Assembly: GCA_000934665.2 (NCBI GenBank)
Contig: JYFJ02003472.1
Coordinates: forward strand, 1-41,064
Direction: 5' to 3'
DNA length: 41,064 nucleotides
From: Catajapyx aquilonaris
Lineage: Eukaryota
In this document: positions 11,567-24,400 of the stretch, piece by piece
How positions within the stretch are numbered: the stretch's first letter is position 1
Layout of the letters: the number at the start of each line of letters is the position of its first letter
Position numbers and translations under genes: made by a program
The notes under the pieces: model-generated
Told to the model about the DNA's origin: nothing
What the model saw: the letters and a program-made list of their open reading frames with translations, nothing else
The model's database searches: none

Positions 11567-14316
11567 CTACGACCATTCTCCTGTGTGGGTTTTCTTGTGA
11601 TAAAGTAATGTACCGCGCTGCGTAAACTTCTTCTGGCATATGTCACAACAATACGGCTTCTCACCAGTGTGAGTCCTCAAATGTTCAACCAATCGAGATT
11701 TGTGCTCAAGCTTCTTGCCACAATGAGTGCAAGGGTGTAACTCTCTTTCCCCAGTGTGAATTTTCATGTGATACTTCAGTTGCTTAGCTAGCGTATAGGA
11801 TTTTTTGCACACTTGACACGAATGCTTCTTTTTGCCAGTGTGGGTCATCTTGTGGTCCTCTAAATCCCTCTCATGACGAAACGTCCTGCCACACACTTCA
11901 CAAGAATAAGGCTTAGCACCAAGATGGTCAGCCTTATAATGCAATTGCAAGCCCTGGTTTGACATATATCGTTTTTCACAAGCTGTGCAACCAAAAGGCT
12001 TTTCATGACTTCTATGACCAAGAGTATGACTTTTGAATGATGCACTGTCTTGAGTCTTATATGAGCGCAGATCACACTGATGACAATTCTTTCCTGGCAT
12101 CTCTTTTCCTTTCACTGTATCCAAAGCACAAGACATCCCATGGTGCTCAGCAGAGAAGCCGCCAATGTCATTCGGACTCTTTCTTTCAGTTGGCTGCATT
12201 TGTTTCTTGCACTACAACGAATGTCGGATTGTAAGAAAGTACACAATACACTTTAGAGATCCAGCAAAAGTATGCAATGAAAAATTACGCGTGTGAATTT
12301 GGCTCACCACCTACGTCGGATCGAAGTGAAATCAATGGACTATGTAGTACTCTCAATGGACTCTTTGGACCTTTTTACTCTGTTCATTGGACCCTCTTAG
12401 TTTCAGAGATATTCGGTTTCAAAGCTTTCCAGCCAAATATTTCAATTGCGATTGTACAGACCCCATTTGAAGTAGCCGTCTGAAATTTATAAACCTGGCA
12501 GTAGTTGCCTTAGGATTACCAGGTCGATAATTCTCGTTAATTTTGGACTCGCATAGTTTCATAATATATTGTCCGCTTTAAAACTTCGGTAAATATTTTG
12601 AACCAGGATTCTCAGTCACTCGATTCGACAGAGCCATGGGAAATCAATGTGTCTCCTACGTATGGTATCATTAAATATTACTGGAACCCCACAACTACCA
12701 TCCAACTAGAATGGTCTGCGATGGTTGGATCCATACGTTAAAATTAACTGGCAAAGAAAACCTTCTTTTCCAGTAATTTGGATTGGCCCTGATTCTTTCA
12801 ACACTAAGACAAACATACCTTCTGTTGTCGTCTTTGGTTTTTCCGCTGTCTTGAGCCACATTCAGATTCATCAGTTGAGCGAACAAATGGGACATACTCA
12901 TAGCTGGAGTGATTCACACCCAAGGTCAGGTCACCAATTTCCCCCTTCTGCGCTTCACCAACCTGCAATATTCAAGAGGACTATTAGTAAATCTGCTCTT
13001 CTTCTCATCAGATCCATTCACATCACTTCCTGCAAACTGATTCCTGGTCTTTACTCTTTTACTTATGACCATGTGTTACATTATCATGTGAAACACTTGC
13101 CTCTAATGGAATCGCCTCAACATTGATGGCACCAGTGTTCTCCCAGGTTTCCGAAGTTGAGGTCTCGGAAAAATCACAGATCAGTAGGAATTAGTAACAA
13201 TATAATCAGACATAGAGTGCCCATACTTTAGCTGTCATACAGTGGCAGGCATCAGACAAAAGTAGTGATTTCATCAAAAACAAAAATATAATCCTCAAGT
13301 TTTCAGACTCACTGTTTTGCTTTTTGCAATTAATTGCTATACCTGGCTCAATAACTCACTCTCCGTGCCCATCTCTTGCTTCACTGTTCCCTCTTGCAGC
13401 AGGTGTAATTCTTGAGTCCCATCGGAATGAACTTCTTCATTGACTCCGAAATAGGCTGAGGAGGCTGATACACCTGCGCAGGTGAATATGGAAAAATTGC
13501 ATAGTCAGAGTGCACACAAAGTGGGTTAGTTAATTGACTCCTCAAAGAGGTCAGCTGATTGACCCTAAACTGCTCTGACCACCTCGGACAGAATATATTC
13601 CTGCTTGTTCCAAATGATACTTCCCAACTCTGAGGACAAGATTCATGCTCAGCAAAATATGAAACTTACTTGGAGGATTATTAAGTGCCCTGTAAGTGGC
13701 ACAAATTAAACCATGGTTTCATTCCCCGTGAGCCTACATACATTTTACCATGCGCGTGTGACATTAAAGAGTGTGTCATACTTGCTGAACGTCCATCTTC
13801 TGAATCAGCATTGCCGACAAGGGCAGCGATTGCACTGATGTTTTTGGCTGCCTCTGCCGCCAAGTCTCTATTCCAGCTCCACTGAAAAAATATAAGTTCA
13901 TTCAATTGTGAGGCGTAATGCTACACGCGTTTAGACTATCAGCACTTGACCCTGCATCCTGTCCTGTAATCACCTGCTGCGATTCCCAATCCTCTTCCTC
14001 CACTTTTATTTCTTTTTCAGCGTTATACGCAGGCATTGACTCGCTGACTGCGTCTCCAGTGTTGACAGAAACAGACTCGGTGGGAAGGGACTGGCCTGAA
14101 GCATCTTCTGGAATGCAAGACGCATTGTTATCCGATGCGCACCCTTGTTCCTCCTTCATGCGTACCTTCCCTTCCACGCTTCTTCTCCTTCTTCATCCAC
14201 CCCTCCACCCTCCCGATGGCCTCCTGGCACCAGTCCATTCGTGACATCAACCCTTCCAGAAGCCTCCTGTTGCCTAGAGACACTTCCATCAGAGACTCCA
14301 GGGTGACTGGAGACAT
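11567..14316 (-). CDS. Gene D: coiled-coil/C2H2 zinc-finger protein, ~455 aa (finger 1 has Cys->Arg)
   Basis: Exons 14316-14166, 14107-13974, 13881-13782, 13473-13343, 13163-13101, 12962-12819, 12211-11567 join in frame. Confidence 0.8.
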
Positions 14317-14472
14317 GGCTTGTGCACCTCTAAGAGTCCTCAGTCCGGATCAGGATGTTCGACAGATGGTCCAGATGATGCTGGACCAGAAGAGAAGGAA
14401 GGGGGGTCCAAAAGGAGGCGGAAATGGAAAGGAAATGCTTCAGAGGAACAGTCTTCTTAAAGGAAAGAGACG

Positions 14473-14489
14473 GTCGCCATCTTGGATTG
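14473..14489 (-). promoter_or_regulatory. YY1-type motif upstream of gene D
   Basis: CAATCCAAGATGGCGAC on the minus strand. Confidence 0.55.
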
Positions 14490-15041
14490 TGTGGCAGAGG
14501 GCGTGTTCCTATCGCCGTCTATAAAAAAAGTTTTTAGGGCGCCTTCGGACCGGTGCTTTTTTGCCAGTGTTGGAAACACAATCATTTGACATGAAGCACC
14601 AGTTATTAAATTAAGGAAATTCATTAATGTTCGTTTTTAATAGCTACGTAATAGCGAATGCATCAAACCGTACCCATGTGACACTGGGTGACTAGTTCAG
14701 TTGAACAGATGCTGAGCTATTAATGCATAGCAAACATTTCAATGGGAGCAATTATTCACATTGAGCTTACTACCCGATGAGGGTCAGTATCGATGGACAC
14801 ACAACAGAAATATATTTCCCAAACATACAGTTAGTCGGTACTCATTTGCACTAGAAAGCGAAGGACACTGATTCATTAATGCTACATATAATTATTTACT
14901 CATGAATTCCAGTTTCCAAAAGTATTCAGGAATGAACTGCAAAAAGACATTGGTCTGACACAAGTTGCATTGAAACAATTTAACACCAATGAGGGGGTTT
15001 TTTTAAACCAGAAAGGGCAGCAAATGTTTTATTATGCAACC

Positions 15042-17364
15042 CTACCACCTCGATCCTTTGTGAGTTACCTTGTGACGAATTAAAGAACTATGTCGAGCAA
15101 ATGTTTTCTGGCATATGCGACAACAATAGGGCTTCTCACCAGTGTGAGTCCTCATGTGTGTAATCAGGTGACATCTGCGCTCAAACCCTTTGCCACAAAT
15201 GGAGCAAGAGTGCAACTCTCTTTTTCCAGTGTGAAGTTGCATGTGATACTTCAAATGTCTAGCATGAGAAAAAGATTTTTTGCACACTTCACATGGATGC
15301 TGCTTCTTATTGTCAGTGTGGGTCAACATGTGCTGCTCCAATCCCCACTTCTCACAAAACTTCCTGCCACACACTTCACAAGGAAAATGTTTAAAACCAA
15401 GATGGACAACATTATAATGCGCTTGCAAGTTGTAGTTTGACATAAATCGCTTTCCACATGCATCACAACCGAAAGGCTTTTCATGACTTCTGTGAACTAT
15501 TTGATGCCTTTTTAAGTGTCCACTGTGTTGAGTCTTATATGAGCACAGGTCACACTGGTGCCATTTCTTCCCTGGCATCTCCTTTCTTTTCACAATTTCC
15601 AAAGCACCAGAAGTCCCCTGGTGCTCAGCAGAGAAGCCATCAGTGTCATTGGGACTATCTGGCTCAGTTGGCTGCATTTGTTTCTTGCACTGCAAAGAAA
15701 TCAAAAGTAATGCAAGTGGGAATGAGCATTCCAAGTTTTAGGTAACTGGGCCTGGCACTGATTTGTTCAACACTAAGACAAACATACCTTTCTTTGTCGT
15801 CTTTGGTTTTCCCACCGACTTGCATCACATTCAGATTCATCAGTTGAGTGTACGGATGGGACATATTCATCGCTGGAGTCAGCTGCACCCAAGGTCAGGT
15901 CACCAATTTCCTCCTTCTCCGCTTCACCAACCTGCAATATTCAAGATGACTATTAGTAAATCTGCTCTTCTTCTCATCAGTTCCATTCACATCACTTCCT
16001 GCAAACTGATTCCTGGTCTTTACTCTTTTACTTATGACCATGTGTTACATTATCATGTGAAACACTTGCCTCTAATGGAATCTCCTCAACCTTGATGGAC
16101 CCAGTGTTCTCCCAGGTTGCAGAAGTTGAGGCCTTGGAAAAATCGCAGATCAGTAGCAATTAGTAATAATATAATCAGACATACAGTACCCATACTTTAA
16201 CTGTCATACAGTGGCAGGCATCAGACAAAAGTACTGATCATAAACAAAAATATAATCATCCAGTTTTGAGACTGATCTATATAAATTGAAACAGAAAAGT
16301 TGTGGTGTTTTATTGGAATGAGATTCGGTGTAATGAGTCACTTTTGGCTTCCACCCACTCAAACAATGACCATACCTGGCTCAAAAACTCACTCTCCGTC
16401 CCCGTCTCCTGCTTCACTGTTCCCGCTTGCAGCAGGTGTAGTTCTTGAGTCCCGTTGGAATGAACTTCTTCATTGACTGAGATATGGGTTGAGGAGACCG
16501 CTCCACCTGTGTAAGTGAATACCGAAAAAGCGTGTAAAATGGCAGAATCAGATGAAAAACAAATTGGGTTAGTTAATCATCTCCCACTTGACTCCTCAAA
16601 GAGGTCAGCAGATTAACTCTGAACTGCTCTGACTACCTCTGACATAATAAATGTTCCTACTTGGTCCAAATGACACTTAACTCCGAGGACAAGATTCATG
16701 CTCAGAAAAATGCGAAACTTATTTGGAGGATTATTAAGTACCCTGTAAGTGGCACAAATTAAACCATGGTTTCATTCCCCGTGAGCCCACATACATTTGA
16801 ACATGCGCGTGAGGCATTAAAGAATGTGTCATACCTGCTGAATGTCCATCTTCTGAATCAGCATTGCCGACAAGGGCAGCGATTTCACATATGTTTTTGG
16901 CTGTCTCTGCCGCCAAGTCTCTATTCCAGCTCCCCTGAAAAAAATATAAGTTTATTCAATTGAGGTGCAGGTTACACACTTTTAGACTATCAGCACTTGA
17001 CCCTGCATCCCGTCCTGTCCTCACCTGCTGCGCTCCCCAGTCCTCTTCCTCCACTTTTATTTCCTCTTCAATCTTACACGCAGGCATTGACTCGCTGCTT
17101 GCGTCTCCAGTGTTGACAGAAACAGACTCGGTGGGAAGGGACTGGCCTGAAGCAACTTCTGGAATGCAAGACGCATTGATATCCGATGCGCACACTTGTT
17201 CATGCTTCATGCGTACCTTCCCTTCCACGCTTCTCCTTCTTCATCCACCCTTCCACCCTCCCGATGGCCTCCTGGCACCAGTCCATCCGTGACATCAACC
17301 CTTCCAGAAGCCTCCTGTTGCCTAGAGACACTTCCATCAGAGACTCCAGGGTGACTGGAGACAT
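15042..17364 (-). CDS. Gene E: coiled-coil/6xC2H2 zinc-finger protein, ~455 aa
   Basis: Exons 17364-17217, 17158-17025, 16934-16835, 16506-16376, 16132-16070, 15931-15788, 15689-15042 join in frame. Confidence 0.85.
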
Positions 17365-17521
17365 GGCTTGTGCACCTCTAAGAGTCCTCAGATGTTCGAC
17401 TGATGGTCCAGACGATGCTGGATCAGAAGCGAGTCGAAAAAAGGAAGGAAGGAGGTCCAAAAGGAGGTGGAAATGGAAAGGAAATGCTTCAGAGGAAGAG
17501 TCTTCTTAAAGGAAAGAGACG

Positions 17522-17539
17522 GTCGCCATCTTGGATTGG
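17522..17539 (-). promoter_or_regulatory. CCAAT + YY1-type motif upstream of gene E
   Basis: CCAATCCAAGATGGCGAC on the minus strand. Confidence 0.6.
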
Positions 17540-18162
17540 GTTCTCCTAGAGGGCGTGTTCTTATCGCTGTCTAAGAAACAGTTCGTAGGGTGCCTTCCGA
17601 CCGGTGCTTCCTTGTCAGTGTTGGAAACAATATCATTGGGCATGCAACTTTCATTCAACTCGTACTTTCCATAATGTGACACACCCTTTAAACCTTTATT
17701 GCAGAGTATACAATATATCAGGTGCCTCAACGTGCCCTTGGTGTGCATTTATGTGCAGCAGGCACAACTATTAAGGTCATGTCATGGCCTGGAAAAAATT
17801 TACTATGAAATATATTATAAGAATCCTCCTGGAAAAGTCAGTCGGAGAACTCATAAACGATATCGATGAACACACAACAGACATTTATATCCCAAAGATA
17901 CAGTTAGTCGGTACTCTTTGCACTAGAAATAAGTGAAGGACACTGATCCATCAATGTTACGTATAATTATTTACTCATGAATTCCAGTTTCCAAATTATT
18001 CATTTCCTGTACTGCGTCAGAGACAAGTTATCCTCTAGCAAGCTTACCCTCCAGTGAAATTACCCTTTTGTTCTTGCCACCAGTGCACACCAGTGTGTAT
18101 TAACATGTGGTGTTTTATGGCAGGTAACATATAGCAAATGTCTTGTAGCAGATGGCGCAACT

Positions 18163-20432
18163 CTACGACCCTTCACCTGTGTGGGTTTTCTTGTGATGAG
18201 TTAAGGACTCATGACGAGCAAAATTCTTCTGGCAAATGTCACAGACATATGGCTTCTCACCAGTGTGAATCCTCACATGCTTAACCAATTTAGATTTCTG
18301 CTCAAACTCTTTGCCACAATGGGTACAAGCATGTAACTCTCTTTCTCCGGTATGAAGTTGCATGTGATACTTCAAATGTCTAGGAAGAGTAAAGGATTTT
18401 TCACAGAGTCCACATGGATGCTGCTTCCTGCCAGTGTGGGTCATCTTGTGCTCCTCCAATTTCCTCTTATTGCCGAATTTTTTATCGCACATTTGACAAG
18501 GAAAAGGTGCAACAGCAAGATGGACAGCCTTATAATGCAATTGCAATGAGCGGTTTTCCATGAATCTCTTTTCACAAGCAGTACAACCAAAAGGCTTTTC
18601 GTCACTCCTGTGAACGCTTCTGTGCCTGTTGAACTGGCCGATGTCTTGAGTCTTATATGAGCATCGATTACACTGATGCCATTTCTTCCTTGGCTTCTCC
18701 TTCCCTTTTACCATTTCCGAAGCACTGGAAGTCCCTTGGTGCTTACCAGAGAAGCCGTCAGTGTCACTCGAACTCTCTCTTTCAAAGGGCCGCATTTGTT
18801 TCTTGTGCTACAAAGGATACAAAAGTAATGAAGGTGGAATGAGTATTCCAAGTTTTAACTTGATCTCAAGTTGCTGTGAACAATACATTCGCATGAGGTA
18901 ACCCAAGAGATACACCAAGTTTTAATACGATGGTGAATCAAAAAGCAATTAGGTTTGGCAATGATCTGCTTAACACTAAGACAAACATACCTTCCCTAGT
19001 TGCCTTTGGTTTGTTTTCTGACTCGAGTCATGAAGAGGATCATCAGCTGCGGGAGCATATGGGGCATGTTCATCACTGAAGTCATTTATACGCAAGGTCC
19101 GGTCACCCATTTCCGCCTCTTCTGCTTCATCAACCTGCAACAAGACTTTCAGTGCATCTGCTCCCGTTCTAATCACATCCTGCTTCCTCATCATTACTCT
19201 CTTACGAGGACCACGAGTCAAATTATAACGTGAAACACTTGCCTCGACAGGAATCTCCTCAACTTTGATGAACTCAGTGTTCTCACAGGTTGCAGAAGTA
19301 GAGGCCTGAAGAAAAATCACAGATAAATGTACACAGGTAATAATTTAATCAGACAAAGAGGTCTAGGAATCACGTCTGCAGCAATACAAATCGAAACGTT
19401 TAGCTTCCACCTCCTCCACTAAACAGGTAATGACCATACCTGGCTCCATGACTCACTCCCCCTGTCATCCGTCTTCTGCTCCAGTGTTCCTTCTTGAAGC
19501 AGATGAGATCCTCGAGTCCCATAAGAATGAACTTTCTCAATGACTGGAAGATCAGGTGACGAAGCTGCTCCACCTTCAAGTGAACACAGGAAAATGGATG
19601 AGACAGATGGCACACAAAAGGGGGTCAGTTAAGCATATCCAGTTTGACTCCAAAAGGGGGGTCCACTGATTAACCTTGAACTTCTCTGACCACCTCTACT
19701 CTGACAGTATATTCTCGCTTGATCCAAATGATACTTCTCAATTTAAGGTCAAAGTTCATGCTCAGCAAAATATGAAACTTAGTTGGCGGATTATTGAAGA
19801 CACTGCCATTGGCACATGTTAACTCATGGTTTTATTGCATGTAGGCCTACATCCCTTTTAACATGCGCGTGTGACATTAAAGAATGTGTCATACCTGCTG
19901 AATGCCCTTCTTCCGAATCAACATTGCCGACAATGGCGGCACGTTCGCTGATGTGTTTGGCTGTCTCTACTTCCAAGTCTCTATAACAGCTTCCCTTTAA
20001 AAAATATGAACACATTTGATTCAATTCCCTAATCAAGTTGCTGGCCCTTTTAATTTTTTACTCTAGAAGCACTTGATCCTTCATGCCCTCACCTCCTCCG
20101 ATGCCCAATCCTCTTCCTCCGCTTTTATGTCCTCTGCAATGTCATACTCAGGCATTGACTTGCTCCTCGCATCTCCAGTGTTGACAGAAACAAACTCGGT
20201 GGGAAGGGACTGGCCTGAAGCACCTTCTGGAATGCAAGACGCATTGTTATCCGATGCGCACCCTTGTTCCTCCTTCATGCGTACCTTCCCTTCCACGCTT
20301 CTTCTTCATCATCCACCCCTCCACCCTCCCGATGGCCTCTTGGCACCAGTCCATTCGTGACATCAATCCTTCCAGAAGCCTCCTGTTGCCTAGAGACACT
20401 TCCATCAGAGACTCCAGGGTGACTGGAGACAT
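18163..20432 (-). CDS. Gene F: coiled-coil/6xC2H2 zinc-finger protein, ~455 aa
   Basis: Exons 20432-20285, 20226-20093, 19994-19895, 19573-19440, 19305-19243, 19134-18991, 18807-18163 join in frame. Confidence 0.85.
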
Positions 20433-20597
20433 GGCTTGTGCACCTCTGGAGTCCTCAGTCCGGATCAGGATGTTCGACAGATGGTCCAGATGATGCTGGA
20501 TCAGAAGGGAGTCGAAAAAAGGAAGGCAGGACACCAAAGGAGGCGGAAATGGAAAAGAAATGCTTCAGAGGAACAGTCTTCTTAAAGGAAAGAGACG

Positions 20598-20615
20598 GTC
20601 GCCATCTTGGATTGG
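20598..20615 (-). promoter_or_regulatory. CCAAT + YY1-type motif upstream of gene F
   Basis: CCAATCCAAGATGGCGAC on the minus strand. Confidence 0.6.
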
Positions 20616-21438
20616 GTGGCAGAGGGCGTGTTCCTATCGCCGTCTGAGAAACAGTTCGCAGGGTGCGTTCTGACTGATATTTTTCAATGGAACGTCCAGT
20701 GTTGGAAATAATGCCGATTGGATATCCAGCAGGTCATTTCCGACAATTTTCACTCATGTTTATGGCTGCCTCTGCCTCCCAAATCTCCATTCCATATTAC
20801 CTGAAATATAACCGCAAATTTTATTCAATTGCCTAACAAAGTTACTGGCGCCATTAATTTTTTTTTGTCAACTCTCCCAGCCACTAATTGCCAAAATGGT
20901 GTTTTCAATCATCGTCTCAATAAAGCCAATGTCCCATGACCAGTGATTCGTCAGTCTTCACATAACACTCACATCTCCCCAGATGTAGGACATGGTAATT
21001 ATGAATAATTGCAAAATACTATAAAAATGAAAATATTGAAAATGTGCAAAAAAATGGTAGTCAGGAACATTCTTTCACTCTTTGTGCTTTTTATTGTAAC
21101 TTTGGATCTAGGCCGAGACAGCAACATGGGTCGGTATGGGTTGTAAGTAAACTATCAAAACAACATCGAATGAATCTCATTATCGCCCATGATAAACAAA
21201 AGGAATTGCTTAAACTCACAAAAATTTTAAACAATTGTACAACTGCTTCTCTTCCCTTGGTGACGAATCACTTTCTTCACGTATTTTCAAGTATGAACTG
21301 CAAGAATAGGCTACATCTTCTGACTCGATATGCACTGAGAAAGCTGTAATAACACCCGTGTGCATTAGTGCGCGGCTTTTTCAACCAGGTAGGCAGGAAA
21401 TGTTGTATCACGCATTGTGCAACCTCTACTTCCTTGCT

Positions 21439-24400
21439 TTAGCGATGGGTTTTCTTGTGATAAGAGAAGGAACTGCGATGAGAAAACTCCCTCTGGCATA
21501 TGTCACAGCAATACGGTGTCTCACCAGTGTGAATTCTCATATGAGCGACCAACGCAGATTTGCTCTTGAACCCTTTGCCGCAAATGGAGCAAGGGTGTAG
21601 CTCTCTTTCCCCAGTGTGAAGTTTCATGTGATACCTCAATTGCGTGGGTAGAGTAAAAGATCTTTGGCACACCTCACATGAATGTTGCATCTTGCCAGTG
21701 TGGATCATCTTGTGGTCCTCAAATCTACTCCTCGAACTAAACTTCATATCACACACGTCACAAGAAAAAGGAGCTACAGCAAGATGAACAGCCTTATAAT
21801 GCAATTTCATGGTGTAGTTTCTGGTAAATTGCTTATCACAAGCAGTGCAACAGTAACCCTTTCCACACCTTCCTTCAACAGTTTTATGCCTTTTGAAGTT
21901 ACTACTGTTTTGAGTCTTGTACGAGCATTGATCACAACGATGCCACTTCTTTCCAGGCAGCTCCTTTCCTTTCACCATTTCCAAAGCCCCAGACGTCCCA
22001 TGGTTCTGATCAGAGAAGCCATCAGTGTCCTTCCGACTCTCTCTTTCGGTTGGCTGCATAAGCTGCTTGCACTACAAAGAATTCAAAAGTAATGCACTTT
22101 TATATTGATTTCAAGTTGTCGTGATTAAGGACATTAGCATGAGATATCTCAGGCCTTTCATATTAACCAAGACAGAAACCAATACTACCGAAGTTTAAAT
22201 GAGGGAGGAATGAAAAAGACTGTGATTCAGGTTGGGGCCTGAGCAGGCAGATGGGGTTGTGAACTGGAGACTGCCCCATGGCTATTGCGGTGCCCCATTG
22301 TGCGCCAAATAGGTACCCCAGGCGGCAGGCCTAGAAAAGAGCGAGCGAAGCGAGTGGTTTTCTAGGCCTGCGCCCTAGGAACATGCGAGCAGAGTGAGGG
22401 TTTTCCGAGTATTCTGCATTAATTTGTCTCAGTGCGTGGGGCATGGTCTAGCAACACTGCGATTCATTTATTCTGGTGAAAGGTATCATGTGACACCAGT
22501 ACTGTTCATGCTAAGAATCATGCTAAGTTCATGTTAAAGATAACTGGCATAAAAACTGCTTTTTCCAGCATACAGGTTTTGCCCCTGTTTCGCTTAGCAC
22601 CAAGAGAAACATACCTTCCTTTGTGGCCTTTGGTTTTTCCCCGACTTGACCCACGAAGAGGATCATCGGCTGATAGAGCAGATGGAGCATGTTCATCGCT
22701 GGAGTCATTCACACGCAAGGTCAGGTCAGCTATTTCCTCCTCTTCTGCTTCATCAACCTGCAATATTCAATACGACTAATCAATAAATTCCTGCTCTTGT
22801 TCCACCAGTTCCACTCAAATCACTTATAGCAAACTGCTTTCCCATCTTTACTATATTACGATGGTCATGTGCAGAAGTATAATGTGAAACACTTGCCTCT
22901 AATAGATTCTCCTCAACTTTGATGGACTCGGTGCTCTCCAAGGTTGCAGAGTCCTGCGAGGAAAAATATGCTTGACTCTGTTTACAGCTGCAGTTTTCTC
23001 ATGGAAACAACGTGCACCATTAGCAAAAAAAATACGATAACAATCGGTAACAATGTGAGCCCTTGGCGACGACCTAAACAAACTCCCGTATGCATGGACA
23101 GCCTATGGGGATTCGACATGTCTACACTTCTGCGACCGTACGGCCGCAAAGATGGAGCAATGGACACAAAAATTACACCAAAAAATAGGACATGATCTGG
23201 CGCAGGGCACCTTCGTCGTCATTTTACCATTTTCGGCCTAGAAGTGACCTTTTCATCGAGTTGAAGCAAAAGGAAAATGGCGTTCCCAAAATGCCCATTT
23301 GAATAACATGGCGGCAGGAACGCGACAAAGTCGGGAACGCTTCTGCGCCCGTACATTCACAATTTCAATGCGATCACATCGAGTATGGTACCATAGTAAA
23401 GGCCAAACCTTTCCACAGGGCACCTTCTTTGTTATTTTTCCGATTAACAGTGCGTTTCGCCACAAAAAATAAAATTCCCTCAAAAATGCGCCTACCGTAT
23501 TTTTACTGATGCACCCCCGTAACTCTCAGGCATGTCATATATGATTTCAGCAGGTCATTGTAGCTGACAATTATAAGAGAGTTCTGGGGAATATTATCAA
23601 CAATGGGAACAATGGGAAAAGGCGACCCACCATTTTTGGACAATCCATCTGTGTGATAAACGCCGCCAAATACGCAGGGGTCCATATTTAAAAATGGACA
23701 GCAGGTCCCGTCGACTCTTAACTTGAAACGTGGGGTCCTTTTCGGACCCCAGGGTATGCTTATGTCACCACCCCTCCGCTAGCTTTTGTCAAAATGAAAA
23801 ATCGCACACCTGTATTCCTCAAATATACTCTTTCATACCTGAAAAAAAATTATGTGCCACAAAATTTTTGTTTATAATAGAGGGATTGTCATTAAGACGC
23901 TCACGAATCATCTTAGGGTCCCAAAAGGATCCCACGTTTCAAGTTAAGCACGTCTAAAGGAGATTTCATGCTGAGGGTTGAGAATGTATTCGTGGGACAT
24001 ATTATTGGTAAGTAGCATTTTTTAAAAAATTCGACAAAATATCCAACGGGAGGAAAAAAACCTATTCCAGTCCTTCATTTACATCATGGCTTGTTTCTAA
24101 TTGGAAATATGTAGCCCCTTCATACGTTTTTTTTGCACTGTTGAAATGTCGAAATGTGCAATCCAGTAATGACCATACCTGGCTCCATGACTCACTCTCA
24201 GTGCCCATCTCCTGCTCCAGTGTTCCCTCTTGGGGCAGGTGCGATCCTGGAATCCTGCAAGAATAAACTTCTCCAATGACTGGAAGATCAACTGAGGAAG
24301 ATGGCCCATCTGCAAGGGAACACGTGCAATTAGCTTAGTCAGATGGCGCACAAAGGGAGTCAGTTAAGCATATCTCGTAGTTTGACTTCCAAATAAAGTC

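Noticed and set aside
14108..14165. Apparent conserved frameshift (programmed frameshifting or pseudogenisation) between the MSPVTLES and MEGKVRMKEE ORFs
   Set aside because: Fully explained by a GT-AG mini-intron that restores the frame in every copy.
20735..20805. E3-like sequence upstream of gene F's promoter
   Set aside because: Short, indel-containing remnant with no donor; treated as duplication debris.
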